A stretch of DNA of 60,461 nucleotides from an uncultured Oscillospiraceae bacterium (GCA_964651095.1 CAZYWO010000001.1:1-60461), one strand, 5' to 3'; positions 9,487 through 19,534 are shown, numbered from the stretch's first letter. Numbers and translations are program-made. The notes: generated by a model from the sequence alone, not told the origin.

Positions 9487-11427
9487 TCAAAAAATCACAT
9501 TTGTTGTTCCTGTGTATGACGGCGGAGCTGCAACATTAAGGGTTGCATATACCTTGAATCCCCCTCCGGTGGTCTTTCCGGAAGAAGCAAAGGCTATTTT
9601 CTTTTTCCCGGAGGAAACGGCGGAGCTGTCGGCAATGTAAACCTCAAGCGTAAGCGTATCCCATGTTGAAGCCGTAGTTGAAGTTTTTATTCTGTAACGT
9701 ATGCCGCCGACGGTAGTCTCAGTGCTTGCATAGGTGGCATTTCCCAGATTAAACCCGAACTGATATACGTAGGTCTTTGTTCTTCCATCAGCATCGTTAC
9801 AAATATTTATTTCTCCCAAATTTATTGTTTTAGCGATTTTGTCAATAGCATCAACACGGGTTTTAAGGCTTGAGATATCCGTTTTATTTTTATTCACCTG
9901 TGTTTCGATATCGGTGATATTCGTTGAGCTTTGCTCAAACTTATTCTGTAAGTCAGTAATTGCCGTAGTGTTTGACAAAATATTTTCTGTGTTATTTTCA
10001 ACCGTGGTCTTTAAACTTGCTATATCGGTTTTGTTAGTGTTTACCTGAGCTTTAAGGTCACTTAGAGGATCACTCATAACCTTCAGCGTGAAGTGGACAA
10101 TATACCCCTTTGTTGTTTCAAAGGAACAAAACCATTGATCCTTGGGAACGCTGTATTGATAAAAGAATTTGGGAGAATATGTGATTTTTACTTTTGACTT
10201 ATCTGTTTCAAAATCTTCAACGCTTATAAGCTTGTTGGCGGAGCTTCTCAGTGCTGATTCCATACTTATTACAGCTGAACCATTTGCTGCTGCGCTTGAA
10301 GCCTTAAGCGCACGAAATGTTCCTGTTTTGTACTCTCCAATACCGTACCCCAGCTCATAATTGTTAGAATATACCGAGCTGCTGTCCTTATCGGGAATAA
10401 CCTCAATAATTCCTAAGTTTATATTTTTAATATTGGGATCGTAATTTTCTATGGAATCGGCAGATATGAGATATTCGCCTATTTTGACAAATTCCATAAA
10501 TCCTAAATCACGCACACAATATTCGCTGCTGTCAGAGTTTAAGCCCATACCAAAAACAACAAATTTACCGTTATTCAAGGGCAATGTAATAATATCGTTT
10601 CCATTAGAATAAAATCTGTTTTCTTTAGCAACGATACCAACTCCGCCTGCGCTGGCCGGGTAAAAATCAACACCTGAATTGATTACGGCAAGGTTTTCAT
10701 CGCCGTTACCAATGATAAACAATCCTTCGTGGGTAACATTTGATGAGCTTGTATTTTGTATCTTAAGTTTAAGCGTTCTGCCATCAGGGAAGCTTCCGCT
10801 CACAGGCAAATTGACCGATGCATCATTTTGGCTGAGGTAAAAGTAATTTCCCGATATGGAAACGTCATCCTTTTCTTCAAATGTAATTTTGTTTCCATTA
10901 CGCATTATATAGTATGAGTGATTTACGGTTTCATAAGTTTCTTTTACAAACTTAAGGGCGGTATAATTGTCGTTGCCCTTAATAATATAATAGGACTGCC
11001 CGTTTGAACTTGTATATTCGGATATTTCTTTGATTTGAATTCTTCTATTCGCATTATAATACGAAAAATGGCCGTCTGTCATATCGTTCAATTCCGCATA
11101 TACTGTCACACCATTTATGTCAAATACATTGTTTGTATCAAGGCTGATAACAAAAGCGTTCTGTGCGCCGGCAAAGGCAAGATACATATTTTTTCCCATG
11201 TCTGTGGAAAGCTTATCAAGCCTGTATGTAGTCAGCTTACCGGCCTTTGCAAATGCAGCCATAGCTAAAACACGCTGATCCATGCCCCAAGAAAGATTGG
11301 GATTCCGGGCCCAGATTTCAACCACCTTTTCATCTGCCGCAAAGGATACCGTACTGAAACAAAGACTCAAAGCCAACACTGCGGAAAGAAAAAAGGCAAT
11401 TACTTTATTCATTTTTTTACTTTTCAT
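9487..11427 (-). CDS. Secreted surface protein with central coiled-coil repeats
   Basis: 646 aa. Signal peptide (FFLSAVLALSLCFSTVSFA). Repeated QVN(T/K)NKTDI(A/S)SLKT(T/R)V units resemble phage-fibre or adhesin stalks. Confidence 0.6.
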   Translation of the reverse strand: MKSKKMNKVIAFFLSAVLALSLCFSTVSFAADEKVVEIWARNPNLSWGMDQRVLAMAAFAKAGKLTTYRLDKLSTDMGKNMYLAFAGAQNAFVISLDTNNVFDINGVTVYAELNDMTDGHFSYYNANRRIQIKEISEYTSSNGQSYYIIKGNDNYTALKFVKETYETVNHSYYIMRNGNKITFEEKDDVSISGNYFYLSQNDASVNLPVSGSFPDGRTLKLKIQNTSSSNVTHEGLFIIGNGDENLAVINSGVDFYPASAGGVGIVAKENRFYSNGNDIITLPLNNGKFVVFGMGLNSDSSEYCVRDLGFMEFVKIGEYLISADSIENYDPNIKNINLGIIEVIPDKDSSSVYSNNYELGYGIGEYKTGTFRALKASSAAANGSAVISMESALRSSANKLISVEDFETDKSKVKITYSPKFFYQYSVPKDQWFCSFETTKGYIVHFTLKVMSDPLSDLKAQVNTNKTDIASLKTTVENNTENILSNTTAITDLQNKFEQSSTNITDIETQVNKNKTDISSLKTRVDAIDKIAKTINLGEINICNDADGRTKTYVYQFGFNLGNATYASTETTVGGIRYRIKTSTTASTWDTLTLEVYIADSSAVSSGKKKIAFASSGKTTGGGFKVYATLNVAAPPSYTGTTNVIF

Positions 11428-11947
11428 TTAACACACCTTCCTCAACCGTTAAAGTTATTTCTTTTCCGAAAATCTCATCAATACTCTCTGCCGCCGTCTG
11501 CAAATTTCCTGTTCGGCGAAGATAGCAATATTTTTCTCTGTACAAAATCGGCTCCGAGAAATAAGCTCCATCTTCAAGAGAATCATATACGCTCTCCAAT
11601 TCCGTACCGATAGGGTTAAAGAAACTTTCGCCGTTTACAGTCTGGCGGGAGAGAGAAACTCCCCCTTTTTGGGCAGGATCAACATCTGCTCCGTATTCGT
11701 TTATGAATGCTGCACATTCATCGTAGCTGTCAAATGCAAGCAGTACAGCTCTTTTTATTGACGTTTGCTCTATGAAGCTGTCGATATATTCGGCTTTATT
11801 TATTCCGTTCATCTCCGCCTCTGCTGCGGCAATAAGAAGCTCGTCGCTTAATCCTTCCTCAGCTTTTTTCTCTGAAACCCGACTGTTATTGCCGCAGCCG
11901 CATAACGCAACAGCTGCCGCAGCAGCAATTAAAAATATTTTTTTCAC
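11417..11947 (-). CDS. Lipoprotein
   Basis: 176 aa. Signal peptide ending in the lipobox-like sequence VALCGCG. Confidence 0.55.
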   Translation of the reverse strand: MKKIFLIAAAAAVALCGCGNNSRVSEKKAEEGLSDELLIAAAEAEMNGINKAEYIDSFIEQTSIKRAVLLAFDSYDECAAFINEYGADVDPAQKGGVSLSRQTVNGESFFNPIGTELESVYDSLEDGAYFSEPILYREKYCYLRRTGNLQTAAESIDEIFGKEITLTVEEGVLNEK

Positions 11948-11954
11948 TCATTTG

Positions 11955-13139
11955 TCACTCCCTTGCTTCAAGTGAATAACGTAAATTTGTTCCGAGAAGC
12001 CTTCCGTTTATATCCGACAGAAACTCCTTTACGAAAATGTAATTTGTACCCTTTTTCCATCCTTCCATGGGCATAACGGATATGACTGACGGGGAAATCT
12101 GCTTGACTTCGGTTTCCATCCTTTTTCCGTTCCCGCTTTTGTCGGTTGAAACAAAAATTTGTCCCGATGCACCTTCTGCGGATATAGGGGCATTAAAGGT
12201 TATAAGCACAGGCTTTTTTGCCTTTATTCCTTTTCCGATTATGCCTTTATCGGAAAAATGATTTTCACTGTATTTCACATTGAATTTTGTTTCGTAAACC
12301 TGCTGCCAAAGGTAATTATACATAATGAACCTTACTTCTCCTGCGTCCTTCAGAACAGCCTTTCCCGAATCGTCAATTTCAGCGGGGCCGATTGAGGTAT
12401 AATATACCTTTGTAACTGTAGTATCGGCGGGAGTAAAGGACGGCACAAAAGTAATAGTTTCTCCCGTTTCATATTTTTTTGAGCTTTGCGTAAAGGAAAT
12501 CCTCGTGGGATACCTGACAAATTCAGTAACATGAAGGGTTATTCTATCGCTGCATCCGCTGCCGTCCTGAGCCTTTACGGTTATATGACAGGTACCTTTT
12601 TTCTTGCAGGTCACAACGCCGTCTTGATTAACCTTTGCCACCTTACTGTCATCACTGCTCCACTTAACCTCTTTGCTTGTGACGGTCGAAGGAGTATATT
12701 TATAACTGAGCCTTACAGTATCGTTTGCCATGGCGGTATAAGAGGTGAGGTATTCTCCGTCTTTTGTAATCATAATGTTATCCATAAGAATTTCCTCGCC
12801 TTGAGCATAACCCAAAACATTTACGGTTAAATATTTGGTTGCGTTGCCGTCGTCGCTTTTTATTCTTATGGTCGCAGTCCCTTTTCTGCTATTAGAGCGC
12901 AGCCGTCCTCCCGGATTGGCATAAACTATGTCGGGATTCAGGCTTTCAAACGTCACACTTTTATTCGTAGCATTAGACGGTAACACTGTATAATCAACGG
13001 TGTATACATCGTCCTGATACATGGTGATTTCGTCCTTGCCAATCTTTATGGATTTTACCGGAATATCTTCCGCTGCAAAGACATTAAAGCTCAAGATTAA
13101 GATCAGAACCGACAGCAGTGCTGATTTCTTCAAGTTCAT
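11955..13139 (-). CDS. Secreted protein with bacterial Ig-like (Big_2) domains
   Basis: 394 aa with a signal peptide. Repeated segments of the type Y.V.P.NATNK.V.W.S.NP.IA.V...G.V....KGT..I.V are typical of Big_2. Confidence 0.65.
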   Translation of the reverse strand: MNLKKSALLSVLILILSFNVFAAEDIPVKSIKIGKDEITMYQDDVYTVDYTVLPSNATNKSVTFESLNPDIVYANPGGRLRSNSRKGTATIRIKSDDGNATKYLTVNVLGYAQGEEILMDNIMITKDGEYLTSYTAMANDTVRLSYKYTPSTVTSKEVKWSSDDSKVAKVNQDGVVTCKKKGTCHITVKAQDGSGCSDRITLHVTEFVRYPTRISFTQSSKKYETGETITFVPSFTPADTTVTKVYYTSIGPAEIDDSGKAVLKDAGEVRFIMYNYLWQQVYETKFNVKYSENHFSDKGIIGKGIKAKKPVLITFNAPISAEGASGQIFVSTDKSGNGKRMETEVKQISPSVISVMPMEGWKKGTNYIFVKEFLSDINGRLLGTNLRYSLEARE

Positions 13140-13827
13140 GTATCACATCCTCCTTTTCATACAAGCTATCCAGTTTGCCGTCCTGCAAAACGGCAACCAC
13201 CATTTTGTTATCATTTTTACTGAAATTAATCAGGTCGGTAATACTGTTAAGGAGCGTTATACGCAGGTCATTTCCGACAAGCTCCTTTGTGAGATTTTGC
13301 AGATTTTCACAACACAGCCATTGTGCAACGGCGGGATCCTCATATTCATACCGGTATTTTATGTATCCGCCGATTATAGCAGTTTTACGGTATATTTGAT
13401 AATATACCAAGGGCTCAAATTCGGCGGTTATTCCGCCGAAAGAGCCCGCAACCTTTAAAGTGTTATACTGCCTTTTACGTTCCGGGGACAGATATACATT
13501 TTCGTACTTCGTTTTATAGCTGCCCTTATCTATCTCTTCCAGAGTGAGAGGCGTTGATATAGCTGAAAAATACTTATCGATGTCGCTGCAATCAATATAT
13601 TCCTCCCGTGTGACGACATACTTTTCTGTATAGGGATAGATAATATCGTTTATATACTGTCTGTCCCCATTGATATCATGTTCCAGAATAAAACGATTGT
13701 CGGGAACAACTTCTGTAATTCCGAAGGGCGGGCTTTCCCCGGAAGAAAATTCATCAGCACCGCAAAGAGCAGTGCTGACGAAAAGCAGAAAAACGGTAAA
13801 AACCAACGCCAATATTTTTTTGTTCAT
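13084..13827 (-). CDS. Secreted hypothetical protein
   Basis: 247 aa with N-terminal signal peptide ILALVFTVFLLFVSTALCGA. No recognisable domain. Confidence 0.5.
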   Translation of the reverse strand: MNKKILALVFTVFLLFVSTALCGADEFSSGESPPFGITEVVPDNRFILEHDINGDRQYINDIIYPYTEKYVVTREEYIDCSDIDKYFSAISTPLTLEEIDKGSYKTKYENVYLSPERKRQYNTLKVAGSFGGITAEFEPLVYYQIYRKTAIIGGYIKYRYEYEDPAVAQWLCCENLQNLTKELVGNDLRITLLNSITDLINFSKNDNKMVVAVLQDGKLDSLYEKEDVIHELEEISTAVGSDLNLEL

Positions 13828-13832
13828 ATCTT

Positions 13833-16490
13833 TTACCTCGCAAATGTAAGTTTTGAATTGTCCACGCCGGCAGTCTTGGCACGACGTGTTCCGATGTAAT
13901 AAGTGGTAGCAACACGGCTCCGGCTTTCAGTTGCGTCTGCGCCTGCCGTTCCTAAGCTTCCCGTTGTGTTGTCCGACTTTTCAGCATACTTGCTTAATAC
14001 GCTCTCGTTTCCGGCAAAGTCTGTATGCAGAAGTGTCAGTGTGGTGCTTTGGGAAATATCAACACCGAAATAACCTGATGGCAGCAAAACAGCGTCTTGA
14101 TACGACTCGCCTGTAATTTTATATTTGTCTTTTTCCAAGGCAAGAAGGTAATTCCTGTTTAAGCCTCCATTAAGATGAGAGTGATCAAGCTTCCATCGAA
14201 CGCTGCCGTCTGAAGCAGAATATTCCCATTCAGCACAGGGGCTGCGCTTGATAGCTATTTCTCCAAACTTAAGGTTTTCAATCGTGGATATACTCTGTCC
14301 TCCCGGTTTAATTTCTGTAAGCCAGCCCCTTACTTCGTAAAGCCCATCGGGGAGCTTCCCGCCGGATGATGTGTAGCTTACGGAAAATTCATTCCGGCCT
14401 TTCCCATCAAAGCTATGCTTCATTGTCTTGCTTTTAAGGGCCGGGTTATCAATATTTATCAACTGTACGGTGAGCATGTATTTATCTGACGGATCAGCAT
14501 CGTTTATGTCAATACAATACTTTGCACTGTAAGCAGAGGGAGATACAACGTAAACAGGCAAACCTTCATTTACGGTTTCGTTTGCGATTGTGTATCTGTA
14601 TCTGTCAATTATGCTGAAGCTGTCAATGCTTGCCTCCTCATTCGGTACGGTTAATGATAACACCATATTCTCGGTAGTAACATTTCCTGCGTAATCTGTT
14701 GCTCTTACGCTGAGATACCTTTTATCGGTGTCTGTAAGCTCTGCATTTCCGCCGCTTGTTCCTATGCTCACCCATGAATCTGCACTGCCGTCATTCGTAA
14801 GACAGTATTCCAGTTTCTTTACTCCGGAACTGTCTCCCTTTCCGTAAGCGCTTTCAGTGTCCAAAGCAGATATTGCTAAGTTGAAGGGAACCTGAATTTC
14901 CTCACCCTCATGAACACCTATAACAATTTTCGGGTTTGTGCGGTCAATCCAAAGCTCAAAATAGGTATACCCTTTAAGAGGCTGTCCATCGAAATCCTGA
15001 GCGTTGGCTGCTTTGTCCGTAGGCCGTGATATGTCGCTGCCTTCAAAACTGTACGTCAGTTTGCCCGTGTCCGTTTCCGTAAAGAAAAAGGTGTTTCTTA
15101 TAGCTCCTGATACAATATATTCCGTTGAAGAAGTAATCTTTGTTCCCGAAGGAGATATCCCTACAACATTATTCATCCCCGCATTATCCGTAAATTCAGT
15201 TTCGACACCGAAGTCATCGGCATTTGTCCAATGCTTGGGTGCGTTACTGTAATCGCTGATTTTACCCGATGGGGGAGTGTTGTCATAAGTATGCACGGTG
15301 CCGGACAGTGTAAGATAATTTCCCGCCCTGTCATAGATATATATGTCCTCAGCTATTGCGGAGCAAGCCTCATCCGGAACAGTATAGTCCATAACAAGTA
15401 CGCCGCCGCTTAAAAAGCTTGATACGTTTTTAAAAGTGGATTTTATCCCTTTTGCGTCTGTTGTTATAACCTTACCGCTAAAGCGGCTTCCCTTATAATT
15501 TGTAATTACATCATCGGCGGATATGGGTATGCCGTCCTCCTCAGAAAACTTCCAACGTTCATAGAAGGTTTTGTCGTTTATTGGAATAGAGAGGTCGTAA
15601 TTGGGAGATTCTGTTGCTATGGGGTTTTTTGAATCAAAATTAAAGCTGAGACTGTCTGACTTTGTATTACCGTAAATGTCCGTCAGCGTTAAAGTCAGCG
15701 TCAAGACTTCACCGCTCGTATCATAACTGAAAGCGGCCATTTTTCCGCTTCCCGAAGCTCCGATGCTGCCGGAGGTTACATTTGTACCGGAGTGGTTTTG
15801 TACCTGATAGCTTGCCAGTGCTATGGGGTTTTCAGCTGTATATGAAATTGTGCAGTCATTGGCCGCTGCCAAACCAAGCCATAGGGACGGCCCGGAAAGT
15901 GCGGTCTTATCCGCCGTTATATATCCGAACCCGCTTCGGTAAAACTTCAGCGACGTTATCTCCATGGCAAAATCATTGTTTACGAGGATAAAATAAAATC
16001 CCATGTCCGAGGGAACACAGGGATTGCTTTCACCTATAAGCCGCCAGCCTTCTTTTTTATCCTGTCCCGGAACTGTGAACACGGTTTCATCGGCGACATT
16101 CTGATAGGTATACCGGCAGGCGAGCTTATATTTTTTGCCGTACTCATAGTCTGATGCGGCCCCGAAGTCTACCGTAATATTCAGACCTATGCTGCCGTTT
16201 TTGCTTTTAATAACCTGTATGGGTTTATACTGCTTGTATACTCCGCTATCTTCCGCAAAGACTGCCAGCTCCACGGCATATACCCGCCAAAGGGAGGTGT
16301 CCTCATTGGGATTGAGACTAACAGTAACGCCTTGATTCCCCGATGCTGTTTCTGCTGCCTTTTTTACGGAGCCGTTCATGCCGATAACAAAGCTGCTGTC
16401 ATCGGCGGCTGCCGGCAAGCAGCAGACAAGCAGCAAAAATATTATCATAGGAAAAATCTTCTTGTACAAAGTATCACGTCCTTTCTTCAA
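13833..16490 (-). CDS. Large secreted surface protein (probable adhesin)
   Basis: 885-aa ORF with a hydrophobic signal sequence (IFPMIIFLLLVCCLPAAA) and beta-rich, Ser/Thr/Gly-rich composition. No LPXTG. The true start is probably internal (TTG at about 16469 after AAAGGA). Confidence 0.6.
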   Translation of the reverse strand: MKKGRDTLYKKIFPMIIFLLLVCCLPAAADDSSFVIGMNGSVKKAAETASGNQGVTVSLNPNEDTSLWRVYAVELAVFAEDSGVYKQYKPIQVIKSKNGSIGLNITVDFGAASDYEYGKKYKLACRYTYQNVADETVFTVPGQDKKEGWRLIGESNPCVPSDMGFYFILVNNDFAMEITSLKFYRSGFGYITADKTALSGPSLWLGLAAANDCTISYTAENPIALASYQVQNHSGTNVTSGSIGASGSGKMAAFSYDTSGEVLTLTLTLTDIYGNTKSDSLSFNFDSKNPIATESPNYDLSIPINDKTFYERWKFSEEDGIPISADDVITNYKGSRFSGKVITTDAKGIKSTFKNVSSFLSGGVLVMDYTVPDEACSAIAEDIYIYDRAGNYLTLSGTVHTYDNTPPSGKISDYSNAPKHWTNADDFGVETEFTDNAGMNNVVGISPSGTKITSSTEYIVSGAIRNTFFFTETDTGKLTYSFEGSDISRPTDKAANAQDFDGQPLKGYTYFELWIDRTNPKIVIGVHEGEEIQVPFNLAISALDTESAYGKGDSSGVKKLEYCLTNDGSADSWVSIGTSGGNAELTDTDKRYLSVRATDYAGNVTTENMVLSLTVPNEEASIDSFSIIDRYRYTIANETVNEGLPVYVVSPSAYSAKYCIDINDADPSDKYMLTVQLINIDNPALKSKTMKHSFDGKGRNEFSVSYTSSGGKLPDGLYEVRGWLTEIKPGGQSISTIENLKFGEIAIKRSPCAEWEYSASDGSVRWKLDHSHLNGGLNRNYLLALEKDKYKITGESYQDAVLLPSGYFGVDISQSTTLTLLHTDFAGNESVLSKYAEKSDNTTGSLGTAGADATESRSRVATTYYIGTRRAKTAGVDNSKLTFAR

Positions 16491-16502
16491 AATTTTGACA
16501 AC

Positions 16503-16532
16503 AAAAAAGAGCTGAAGCAGTATCAGCTCTTT
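16503..16532 (-). terminator. Rho-independent terminator after the Rpn-tail ORF
   Basis: aagagctga(16507-16515)/tcagctctt(16523-16531): 9-bp stem with a 7-nt loop. On the minus strand it is followed by a T6 run. Confidence 0.6.
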
Positions 16533-16578
16533 ATCGCTATTCGATTCTGGGGATATTTATTGTACCATACCATTTCAG

Positions 16579-16917
16579 CTACATTTCAAATTTGTCCTCT
16601 CCGCCGAGGTAATCCTCAGCGTTAAAGCCCTCCAAGGTATCCTGAAGGCAGTAGAGCTCATCTTTGAAGTCCGTAACTGAATAATCCAAAAGTTCTGCCG
16701 CTTTCTTCGGATCAACACCATTTTTTACCATCAGCATAAAAGATTTACCAATCCCTATATTTATGCCTTCCTCACGTGCAGTATACAAAAAGCTTGCCTC
16801 ATCGTGACGGCGCTTTTCCTCAAGGCGGATTTTTTCCTGCATTATTTCTCTCGGAGTGAGCTTACGAAATGTTAATTTGAAATTGTCGTTATGACTGTTT
16901 GAATCCTTTTCAGACAT
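16579..16917 (-). CDS. Stand-alone paralogue of the Rpn-nuclease C-terminal domain
   Basis: 112 aa. Aligns with the C-terminal 100 aa of the adjacent Rpn gene (MQEKIRLEEKRRHDEAS.LYTAREEG ... DELY.LQDTLEGFNAEDYLGGED.FEM). Confidence 0.5.
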   Translation of the reverse strand: MSEKDSNSHNDNFKLTFRKLTPREIMQEKIRLEEKRRHDEASFLYTAREEGINIGIGKSFMLMVKNGVDPKKAAELLDYSVTDFKDELYCLQDTLEGFNAEDYLGGEDKFEM

Positions 16918-16936
16918 TATTAATCCTCCGATTCAA

Positions 16937-17877
16937 TTACATTTCAAATTCGTCCTCTCCGCCGAGATAATCCTCAGCGTTAAAGCCCTCCAAGGTATCC
17001 TGAAGATAGTAAAGCTCATCTTTGAAATTGTTGACGGAACATCCCAAAAATGCAGCGGCATTAGCAGGCTCAACACCCATTTTGACCATACGGACAAAAC
17101 TTTCTGCTCGTTCTACTTCACGGCCTTCTTCACGGCCTTCCTCACGGCCTTCCTCACGTGCAGTATACAAATAGCTTGCCTCGTCATGACGGCGCTTTTC
17201 CTCAAGGCGGATTTTTTCCTGCATTTCTTCGTCCTTGCTGAGCTTACGAAGTGTCAGCACAGCTTTTTTGATCGGTACGTTTGTTGTTCTTTCAAGCATC
17301 GTTAAATCCTCCTCACTGTCAGCATTAAAAAACCTCATCCATGCATCAAGGCCCGTATTTTCCAGACTGCTTTCCTTTTCCAAGGCCTTGGGAAGCTCAA
17401 AATATATGGTCTTAAACTTGTCGGACAGGCGTGCTTTGTATCATAAATCTCAAAGGTCGATGCGTAGTCCTCGTGCTCCTTAAAGAGCTTAAAATCCACA
17501 ATGTTTATACAGATTACCTCCGGCAGCTTCCCGTAGGGCATTCCGCTTTTGAGCTGAGTCCCGAAGGTCTTTGCCCAGTAATACAGGCTTCTGTCGGAAA
17601 AGTCTATCTGCTTGGTACACTGTATCTCTATATTCACCTTGCGCCCTTCCACGTCCGCAAGCAAGTCCAGTCTGCTGAACTTCTCGTCCTCACTTTCGGC
17701 ATGTATTTCAGAATTGCCGATTTCTATGTTTCCTATACCGTCATAGTCTATGCCCAAGGATTCCGCAATAAAGCCTTTGAGCACCTCAGGTGTTTCGGGG
17801 TCGGTAAATACGCTTTTAAAAATTAAGTCATACTTGGGAGAAAGCACTTTCATTGGTCCTAAATACATCGGTATCAC
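16937..17877 (-). pseudogene. Rpn/YhgA-like PD-(D/E)XK recombination-promoting nuclease (putative transposase), frameshifted
   Basis: The N-terminal ORF (17335-17877) contains KYDLIFKSVF...RLDLLADVEGRKVNIEIQ. Homology then continues in another frame (ARLSDKFKTIYFELPKALEKE...). The frame switch is at about 17431-17440, next to an A3 run. The second frame is closed by TGA just upstream. Confidence 0.7.
17117..17158 (-). repeat. 12-nt in-frame tandem repeat (about 3.5 copies) encoding EEGREEGREEGRE
   Basis: ttcacggccttc / ttcacggccttc / ctcacggccttc / ctcacg, read directly. The repeat is absent from the paralogous copy at 16579-16917. Confidence 0.9.
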
Positions 17878-17889
17878 CCTTTCACTTAT

Positions 17890-17918
17890 ATTATACTATT
17901 TTCAGAGAACTATGTCAA
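17890..17918 (-). promoter_or_regulatory. Consensus sigma-A promoter for the Rpn-like gene
   Basis: The minus strand reads TTGACA, a 17-nt spacer, then TATAAT (17918-17913 and 17895-17890). It lies 8 nt after the pilin stop codon. Confidence 0.6.
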
Positions 17919-17925
17919 CATAAAT

Positions 17926-18429
17926 TTATCCCGGTTCAACAATTGCAATAACGTCGTCATCATAATCGCCGGAACTTAAATTTGCGGGAGCACCGTTTAC
18001 CCCTGCCGACGAAATTACAATAAGCCCCGTCAGGCTGTCTTTGTCTGCGCCATCGTAGGTGTATATGTCGATACAATAGGGATTTCCGAACGGATCCTTT
18101 TTTGTTTTCGTTTTTGCCTTAAAGGAATGTCCGTCCGCTGCTGCCGACAAAAACTCCGCTTCCCATGTAAAATAGCTTTCGTTTAAAAGACTTATTATGG
18201 CTTTGGCGTTGTCGGTATAGTTGCTGTCCGGCTTCAGCGTGATTTTCCCGTTGTCAAGCATATAATTCTCAAAGGAGCTTACCATGTCGGCAAGCTCGCT
18301 TTCGCAGCGGTCTGTCTGATTATTTTTGTAAACAGTGTTATAGGTTATGTTCCCGCCTGCAAACAATATAGCAATAACGGAAACAACAACCAGTATTTCC
18401 ACTAATGTGAAAGCGCTTTTACGCATCAT
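17926..18429 (-). CDS. Type IV (pseudo)pilin, minor
   Basis: N-terminus MMRKSAFTLVEILVVVSVIAILFA is a class III signal: basic leader, A at -1, F+1, E+5 and a hydrophobic helix. Confidence 0.8.
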   Translation of the reverse strand: MMRKSAFTLVEILVVVSVIAILFAGGNITYNTVYKNNQTDRCESELADMVSSFENYMLDNGKITLKPDSNYTDNAKAIISLLNESYFTWEAEFLSAAADGHSFKAKTKTKKDPFGNPYCIDIYTYDGADKDSLTGLIVISSAGVNGAPANLSSGDYDDDVIAIVEPG

Positions 18430-19096
18430 TTACACCTCCGTAGCTTTGATAATCCTTTACGGTTATACTTACATCAGAGCAGTCACAAACTGCACGTACA
18501 CTGTCAGTCAGATTTTCTTCCAGGCTCTCGTCAAAAGCCTCCCGCTTAATCTTTATACCTGATATTACTGCCGTTTCACGCACAGAACCGTAGCCGTAGC
18601 CTGAAAGGGCCTCCACGGTAATATCCGGAAGAATTGCCACAACAGCATCTGGGGAGGTGTTAAACGCATAATCTGTCATAATATTTCCGATACGGAAGCT
18701 CTCGCAGCTTTCGCCGTCAACCTTGACAGATACTCCCGACACCTTTATGTCCGGATAACCTGCCGATGTAAGATAAGCTATGGCTTCTTCTGCTGCCAGA
18801 GGGTAATAAAGCTCGTCGTCAAGCTCAAAAAGGTATGGGCTGAGCTGCGGAATAATACGAAAGCCGGTATCGGTTTTTTCGTAGGCTAAAGCAAACTCCT
18901 TTTTGTCAACAGAATTGGCGAACAATCCTACTGCAAGGTCAATAGCTGCTTCGGATTTATATTGATTTTTGAACCGCCTGATATTTTGCTTTATATCTGC
19001 ATTGCTGTTTACGGCTGATACATAGAGCAGTGATGCACAAAGCACGGATATAAGTCCTGTGACGAGACAAAGCTGCATATTTGCTTTTTTACGCAT
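18419..19096 (-). CDS. Pilus-associated membrane-anchored protein (PilX/minor-pilin-like, no E+5)
   Basis: 225 aa. N-terminal anchor MRKKANMQLCLVTGLISVLCASLLYV. Embedded between pilin genes with overlapping stop and start codons. Confidence 0.45.
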   Translation of the reverse strand: MRKKANMQLCLVTGLISVLCASLLYVSAVNSNADIKQNIRRFKNQYKSEAAIDLAVGLFANSVDKKEFALAYEKTDTGFRIIPQLSPYLFELDDELYYPLAAEEAIAYLTSAGYPDIKVSGVSVKVDGESCESFRIGNIMTDYAFNTSPDAVVAILPDITVEALSGYGYGSVRETAVISGIKIKREAFDESLEENLTDSVRAVCDCSDVSITVKDYQSYGGVNDA

Positions 19097-19534
19097 TTAT
19101 GAGCACCTCCTGTATACCGTTAAATTGACTGTACCCGTATCGGTAGGTTTTTCATTGGGTATTTCTGTGGTAAGGGTTATTTTTACTCCTGTGGGCGAAA
19201 TTTGCTGAAAGGAGCTTTTATCTACATCTGTTTTTACTATTACCTCACCGTTATATGTTAATCCTTCAGGTCTGATTTCATAAGTTATATTCTCTCCGGT
19301 TTCCAAGGATATGCTGAGCTTTTTTTCTTCTACGTCAACTGCCTTTGCGGAACGCACCTCACGTGACATATAAAGCAGTGCTGTGGATAAGCTCTTTTGC
19401 CGCTGCCGTTCAACTGTGGAATCGTAGGTTTTATTTACGGTAACTGATATCAGACCAACACAAAAGGCCGATGTCAGTGTCACAAGTAAGAAACACAGCA
19501 TTGTTTCCACCAAGGTGAAAGCATTTTTTCGCAT
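19097..19534 (-). CDS. Type IV (pseudo)pilin, minor
   Basis: MRKNAFTLVETMLCFLLVTLT prepilin motif. Confidence 0.8.
   Translation of the reverse strand: MRKNAFTLVETMLCFLLVTLTSAFCVGLISVTVNKTYDSTVERQRQKSLSTALLYMSREVRSAKAVDVEEKKLSISLETGENITYEIRPEGLTYNGEVIVKTDVDKSSFQQISPTGVKITLTTEIPNEKPTDTGTVNLTVYRRCS

Larger units (their letters stand above)
16579..17230 (-). repeat. Tandem duplication (period 358 nt) of the Rpn 3' region
   Basis: 16579-16670 and 16937-17028 are near identical, with about 6 mismatches in 90 nt by eye. A second conserved block is 16790-16860 versus 17150-17225. Confidence 0.8.

Noticed and set aside
17117-17158. The 12-nt tandem repeat as a frameshift-type phase-variation switch.
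   Set aside because: The unit length is a multiple of 3, so copy-number change alters only the EEGR count and not the reading frame. The actual frameshift lies about 280 nt away.
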